Origin: Phyllobates terribilis
Lineage: Eukaryota
Reading direction: 5' to 3'
Assembly: GCF_046119375.1 (NCBI RefSeq)
Contig: NW_027362765.1
Span: forward strand, 40,362,001-40,426,000
Length of the DNA stretch: 64,000 bases
Under the pieces are notes generated by a model. That model saw nothing but the letters and a program-made list of their open reading frames with translations, searched no databases and was not told the DNA's origin. Within the stretch, counting starts at the first letter, position 1, and each line of letters begins with the position of its first letter. Made by a program: the position numbers and the translations under genes. Below, one piece after another: positions 57,218-64,000 of this stretch.

Positions 57218-58165
57218 ACATAGTAACATAGTCTTCCTTCAACCTTAAAAACTATCTAGTTCAACACATAGCTTAACATGTTGATCCAGAGGAAGGCAAA
57301 AAAAAAAAACATGTGGCAAACACTAAGCTCCACATTGGGGAAAAAAATTCCTTCCTGACTCCACATACGGCAATCAGACTAGTTCCCTGGATCAACGCCC
57401 TATCAAGGAATCTAGTATATATAACCTGTAATATTATACTTTTCAAGAAAGGCATCCATGCCCTTCTTAAATTTTAATAGTGAATCACTCATTACAACAT
57501 CATGCGGCAGAGAGTTCCATAGTCTCACTGCTCTTACAGTAAAGAATCCCCGTCTGTGATTATGATTAAACCTTCTTTCCTCCAGATGTAGAAGATGCCC
57601 CCTTGTCCCCGTCTCTGGCCCCAGAGTAAAAAGATCAGTAGAAAGGTCTTTGTACTGTCCCCACATATACTTGTACATAGTAATAAAATCACCCCTCAGC
57701 CTTCTTTTTTCCACACTAAATAACCCCAAGTGTAATAACCTGTCTTGGTACTGCAGACCCCCCAGTCCTCTAATAACCTTGGTCGCTCTTCGCTGCACCC
57801 GCTCTAGTTCAGCTATGTCTTTCTTATACACCAGAGACCAGAACTGTACACAGTATTCTAAGTGTGGTCGCACTAATGACTTGTATAGAGGTAAACTTAT
57901 GTTCTCATGAGCATCTATGCCTCTTTTAATGCATCCCATTATTTTATTTGCCTTTGCAGCAGCTGCCTGACACTGGCCACCAAACGTAAGCTTGTCGTCC
58001 ACCAATACACCCAGGTCTTTTTCAGTTACAGTTTTGCCCAGTGTTTTACAATTAAGCATATAATTATACATTTTATTTCCTCTGCCATATTGCATTACCT
58101 TACATTTATCACCATTAAAGCTCATTTTCCATTTATCAGCCCAAGCTTCTAGTTTACATAGATCC
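57218..58165 (-). mobile_element. CR1 LINE 3' fragment
   Basis: ORF 57412-58125 (KCKVM..EKDLGV..LYKSLVRPHLEYCVQFW..LERVQRRATK..AVRLWNSLP) and a CTATGTTA-type tail at about 57218-57232. Confidence 0.93.
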
Positions 58166-60799
58166 TCCTGTAATAATTTTTGATGCGTTTTTGCACTTTT
58201 GCATTGCTTTCAACCATGACAATTGCATTCACCGGGATATGTCATTTTGACATTTTACAACCTTATCTGGCCATGTGGTGTGTGAGACATGATTAGACAC
58301 ATCCTGTTTCATTTGTGAAGGAGGGACTCTGAAAGTCACAAAGCCTATAGGGCCATGAGGGAGCCTTTACTATTCTTAAAGGGCCAGCAGTCGGCCCTTG
58401 CTATTCTTAGGGAGTCATTAGCTGGCTATGCTTTGTTGTTCCCATTACTAAAGAGTGGGTCTCCTATACTGTTATTGCGTATGCAGTGAGTGGCAGGTTT
58501 GCCCAAAATTTGGACGCACCCCAATACCCCTTTGAAAATTTGGATGCACCCCAATACCCATTGCAAGAGACATAGAGGTCAGAGGGCCTCCTGAAAACAA
58601 TGTTCCCATTATTAGGAAGTGGGCCTCCCATACTGTTCGCCTATGCAGTGAATGCAAGGGCTGCCAAAAATTTGTACCTACTCCAATGCCCCTTGGAAGA
58701 GACGTGGAGGAGGGCCTCCTGAAATTTTTTTTTACCATTATTAGGAACTGGATCTCCCATAGTGTTGGCCTATGCAGTGAATACAAGGGCTGCCAAAAAT
58801 TGGAAGGCACTCCAATGCTCCTTGGAAAAGACATGGAGGAGGGCCCATTAGAAAGGAGTGGGTCTCCTATACTTGTAATGCCCATGCACTACCCCTGGGG
58901 GGTATACATGAACATACTGTCAAAATTTATTTTTTTTTTTACGGGCATCATAAACACCCTTTAAAAAAATTATGTGGGTGTTGCATCAAGGACCATGGTC
59001 ACCCTGGTGATATGGTGGTGGAGGATGAGGATGAGGAGAAGGAGGAGGACAAGAGCAAATAGCCAAAATCAGGAAGTGTATATCCATGTGTGGGTGTGAA
59101 AAGGTGCATGGGAATACACCTCCCAAAAAAAGACACTGGATTTGAGTTTATGTTACATTGCTATCATTCGGTGGTGTTAAGAAGTCTGGCCCAATTCAGC
59201 CCTTGTTCATTTTTATAAGAGTCAGCCTGTTAGCATTTTCAGTTGACAGGCGGATGCACTTATCAGTTATAATTCCACCAGCAGCACTAAAACCGCAACA
59301 GGGCAGGCCAGGACCTCCATGGCGTAGAGAGCCAGTTCATTCCACATATCCACCTTGGATATCCAATAATTATAAGGCACAGAGGAATCACGGAGGACGT
59401 TGGTACGGTCGGCAAGGTACTCCCTCAGCATCTTCCCAAACTTTGCACTCCTTGTGAAAGTAACCCGCGCCTCAGGGCCTGTGCGATGGGAGGGTCCGAG
59501 AAAACTCTCCCAGAACTTTGACAGTGCTCCCCTGCCTCTGCTGGATTGTAGTTGTGTCTCTCTCGCCTGTAGTCCTTGGTTGTCCAACAAACTGTGACCT
59601 CTGCCGCCAGTGTTTTCAGATTTTTTTAATAGTTCCGCAACAAGGGCCTTCTGGTACTACCCCATTTTTGTAGACCTGTCCGCCTCAGGAATAAGAGATA
59701 TAAAGTTCTCCTTACAGTGTGGGTTTAGAAGTGTCACCAACCAGTAATGACTATCACCCAAAATTTGGAGAACGCGAGGGTCACGGGAAAGGCAGCGTAA
59801 CATAAACTCAGCCATGCGAGCCAGACTGCCAACAGGCAAGACCAGGGGTGGATTAAGAGTAGCAAGGGCCCCGGGCAGTTTAGAAGGCGCGGCATCCCCC
59901 CCCACACACACCTGATTTATCACGTGACATGTCACATGATCACCTGTGATAGATCATGTGATAGTTCACGTGAAATTAATTTGGCACAATATTAATTGTG
60001 CTGCCCCATCTGAGAGCAGCACAATATAGGGGCAGATACCCTGATTCCAGCGATGTGTCACTTTTTCAGCTGCTTGTTGTGATTTTGAGAAAATCACAGT
60101 TTTATCTGCTGCAGATCTAGCAGCTCTCTGAATGCTGAGCTCTGTATAGCCCCGCCCACACCACTGATTGGCAGCTTTATGCCCATGCTCAGTGTACACA
60201 GAAATCTACTGATCAGTGATGGGGGTGGGGTCCTACAGAACTTACTAGTCAATTACCTTCTGACAAATCAATGATTTTATCAAAACAACACTAAGCAGCC
60301 CAGTAAGTGACACATTACTGGAATCAGTGCCTCTAACCCTACATTATGCTGCTCTCAGATTAGGTGGCAAAAACCTGATGACAGATTCCCTTTAAAGGAG
60401 CTGTAAACACAAAAAAAGTTTGTATTAAAAAAAATACAAGCCATTTGTGAAATTAACTTTTTTTCATTGTTAATTCACATTAGACTGTATCTTCAACACT
60501 TTTGTCAGCAGGTCTTATTACAGACTCTGAATAGGGCAGCTCTCTCCCTCTCCCTCAGCAGAAAGTCACAGCATGGTTAAAAAACGGGATCTTTTATGAT
60601 TTTCTCATAATAAATAAAAAAGGACATGCAAGTCCTCCAAACTATTTTCCGTTTCTCTATAGGGGAGGTCCTAAATCTTTCTTGTTCTTTAGTCGATCAC
60701 ATGTCAAAAAGGCAAAGCATTTACTATGAACTCGCCTAAAAAAAATATACACTTGGAGAGTAATATCATCATCTGCATGTAAATATTCCTTGACTCTAA

Positions 60800-61199
60800 G
60801 GGCTCGCTCACACTGTCGTATAACACGGCGGAATGCTATGTGATGTTTTATCGGATAGGACTCGGCCCTATGTTATACTATGGGAAAGTGCAGATCTGCG
60901 ATTATTGGCATGAGAAAATAATCTCATTCGATATTCGAACCATGTGCACCCATACAAGTCTATGGGTGCACGTAAAACATTGGACTGCACTCGGATGTCA
61001 TCCAAGTGCAGTCCGATGAACACTCACAGAGACTATGGAGAAGATGGAGAAATTAAGTTCTCCATCTTCTGCATATCTGTGCTGCGAGAGAATCGGATCA
61101 CACTCAGTTGAAGCTCTGACAGAGTTTGAGCCGAGTGTCATTAGCATAATTGGCCCTATTCTCTTGCATGAGAGAATATATGGCTTAGTGAGTGGACCC
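60800..61199. mobile_element. Harbinger-like MITE inside the composite element
   Basis: TAA flanks and imperfect TIRs GGGCTCGCTCACACT / AGTGAGTGGACCC. Confidence 0.6.
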
Positions 61200-61769
61200 T
61201 AAAACTGAATAGTAGTGATGGACAGGCACCTCACAAGCGGGATCCATGTAGCTCTCAGATGTCGTGTAGGTAGGGCTTCATTCCATGGGGTAGGGCTTAA
61301 TTTCAAGGTATATAAAAAAATGGACTTCAAATAAAAATTAAATGAACACAAAAAGCACTAATTGAATTATTTTTTTCGTATTTATGTTTGCAGCCCCTTT
61401 AAAAACCCTTTGAGGACCAAGGCACATATATGTCCCATAGTTTTAAACTGGAAAAAAATTTGATTGAATAAAATTTAAGGTCCTCGAAGGTTTAAGTAGG
61501 TCATAAATTCATATGAATACTTGCTCATACAATTGCACATGCCAAAAGATGAAGAAGAACAGAATCAAAAATATGACATTAGGTGGAGCACTTACAGGTA
61601 TTCAAGGTGAAAGAGACCAGCAAAGGCATCGTCTCGAATTACAGTAAATGAGTTAGAATTCAGTAAGCTGAAAATGAAGACAGCAGGTTAGAAGCGAACC
61701 AGACTTTATGGTGCTCAGAATTAGTCAAGCAGAATTTGTTGACTGCTCTTGCAAAGCACTGAGACTGTA

Positions 61770-63090
61770 TAGATGGCGCTGTGCGGCCCCCTGCTGTGTA
61801 TAGATGGCGCGGTGCGGCCCCCTGCTGTGTATAGATGGTGCCGTGCAGCCTCCTGCTGTGTATAGATGGCGCCGTGCGGCCTCCTGCTGTGTATAGATGG
61901 CGCCGTGCGGCCTCCCGCTGTGTATAGATGGCACCGTATAGATGGCTACGTGCGGCCTCCTGCTGAGTATACGTGTATAGATGGCTACGTGCAGCCTCCT
62001 GCTGAGTATAGATGCCGCACGGTGCCCCCCCCAGAGACAGCAGGAGGCTGCACGGCGCCATCTATACTCAGCAGGAGGCCGCAAGTAGCCATCTATACAC
62101 AGCAGGAGGCCGCACGGCGCCATCTATACACAGCAGGAGGCCGCACGGCGCCATCTATTCACAGCAGGAGGCCGCACGGCGCCATCTATTCACAGCAGGA
62201 GGCCGCACGGCGCCATCTATACACAGCAGGAGGCCGCACGGCGCCATCTATACACAGCAGGAGGCCGCACGGCGCCATCTATACACAGCAGGAGGCCGCA
62301 CGGCGCCATCTATACACAGCAGGGGGCCGCACGGCGCCATCTATACACAGCAGGGGGCCGCACGGCGCCATCTATACACAGCAGGGGGCCGCACGGCGCC
62401 ATCTATACACAGCAGGAGGCCGCACGGCGCCATCTATACACAGCAGGGGGCCGCACGGCGCCATCTATACACAGCAGGAGGCCGCACGGCGCCATCTATA
62501 CACAGCAGGAGGCCGCACGGCACCATCTATACACAGCAGGAGGCCGCACGGCGCCATCTATACACAGCAGGAGGCCGCAGGGCGCCATCTATACACAGCA
62601 GCAGGCCGCAGGGCGCCATCTATACACAGCAGGAGGCCGCACGGCGCCATCTATACACAGCAGGGGGCCACACGGCGCCATCTATACACAGCAGGAGGCC
62701 GCACGGCGCCATCTATACACAGCAGGAGGCCGCACGGCGCCATCTATACACAGCAGGAGGCCGCACGGCGCCATCTATACACAGCAGGAGGCCGCACGGC
62801 GCCATCTATACACAGCAGGAGGCCGCAGGGCGCCATCTATACACAGCAGGAGGCCGCCATCTATACACAGCAGGGGGCCGCACGGCGCCATCTATACACA
62901 GCAGGGGGCCGCACGGCACCATCTATACACAGCAGGGGGCCGCACGGCACCATCTATACACAGCAGAGGGCCGCACGGCACCATCTATACACAGCGGGAG
63001 GCCGCACGGAACCATCTATACATAGTGGGAGGCCGCACGGCGCCCCCCCCAGAGACAGCAGGAGGCCGCACGGCGCCAACTATACTCAGG
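61770..63090. repeat. 31-bp minisatellite (GGCGCCATCTATACACAGCAGGAGGCCGCAC) in inverted blocks
   Basis: A short block 61770-62010 in one orientation faces a long block of about 62040-63030 in the other. Confidence 0.95.
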
Positions 63091-64000
63091 AGGCCGCACG
63101 CAGTCACGCATGCAGTCACGCACACACACAAACATATACATACATGCATAAACACATTTGAAACACAAAAATACATATAAACAGACATCACACAATGATA
63201 TCTGCCTGCACACACACACACACCATCCCCCGGCTCCATTCCTCCTGCCTGCTCTGACTTCTCTGTTGCAGCAGTGCAGGCCGGGCGCCCACTGCGTGAC
63301 GTCACAGCTAGGAGACACGCCCGCGCACAGGGCCGTGTCTCCTAGCAGTGACGCAGCCGGTCCCCCCTCCCGCCACTGCTACCGGTATGTACTGCGGCGG
63401 CCCGCACATATAATGAGGGCAATCCGGCATTACACACACCGCCCGGAGCCGCGGGCCCCCTGCAGGCTCGGGGCCCTGGGCGGTAGCCCGGATTGCCCTC
63501 ATTATAATCCGCCTATGGGCAAGACTTCCGTGTCCTCACCAAGAGGACGACTGACCATGCTCGCCTCCTCCACTTCCTCCTCCTCCCTGTCCTCAGGCCA
63601 TTCACACTGAACAGATGGTAGGACAGTTGTGCAGGTAGTACCATCTATAGCGCATGAAACTAGCTCCTGTTCTTCCTCCTCCTCTTCCTCATTGTCACCC
63701 AATCCACGTTGGGATGAAATGAGGCTTGGCTCTGTGTAATCACCCTGTATGGATCCTTGCGCTATCTCAACGTGCTCCGCCTGCAATGCATCCTCTTTGA
63801 TTTTGATCAGAGAGCGTTTCAGAAGACAGAAAAGCGGGATGGTGACGCTAATTATGACGTCATCGCCGCTCACCATCTTGGTGGAGTCCTCAAAGTTTTG
63901 GAGGATGGTACATATGTATGACATCCATGTCCACTCCTGACGTCTTATGTGTGGAGTATGAACTGAATACCGACGGCCTTGTTGATGCTGGTACTCAACC

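Larger units (their letters stand above)
59843..63517. mobile_element. Composite non-autonomous hAT-type element (3675 bp)
   Basis: 8-bp TSD GGCAAGAC (59835-59842 / 63518-63525) and imperfect TIRs CAGGGGTGGATTA / TAATCCGCCTATG (10/13). The host transposase is contiguous once it is removed. Confidence 0.85.
56873..64000 (-). mobile_element. hAT copy 2 (same family as 3740-14167), interrupted by a CR1 and a composite element; runs off the window
   Basis: Terminus TATTGATGGGCGAGCAC. Reverse-complement similarity to 11670-14165. Transposase fragments 59267-59590, 59657-59842 and 63526-63924. Confidence 0.9.

Noticed and set aside
61725-63161. ORFs of 337-431 aa
   Set aside because: They are translations of a 31-bp minisatellite cycling through frames every three units, with no protein-like features.

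Overview
This is eukaryotic DNA made almost entirely of transposable elements. The mix of elements (L2, CR1, Penelope, DIRS, chromovirus Gypsy, BED-hAT, Tc1, Helitron, MITEs) suggests an amphibian, probably a frog; that is inference. I found no confident host protein-coding gene, rRNA, tRNA or CRISPR array. Main contents: (1) a very young chromodomain Gypsy (5553-10539; identical 422-bp LTRs, TSD CTTGC) inserted at the BED finger of a decayed hAT transposase; (2) a second, decayed chromovirus Gypsy (17289-24403, TSD GAATG) with minisatellite-bearing LTRs and a PEG10-like -1 frameshift signal, inserted in the gag of a DIRS element; (3) non-autonomous hAT-type elements with 8-bp TSDs (26064-30108, 51751-52030, 59843-63517), one containing a Helitron; (4) four Tc1 elements, one a fold-back, plus a Tc1 end remnant; (5) Penelope elements with hammerhead ribozyme motifs; (6) several L2 copies, a CR1, and a solo LTR (TSD GAGGA). 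The most interesting signals are a tRNA-independent self-priming signature in both Gypsy elements, a splice-donor/CRE/minisatellite cassette shared by unrelated transposon classes, and a cargo-carrying composite hAT-type element. Most of these fit known biology; I found nothing I can defend as a wholly new system.
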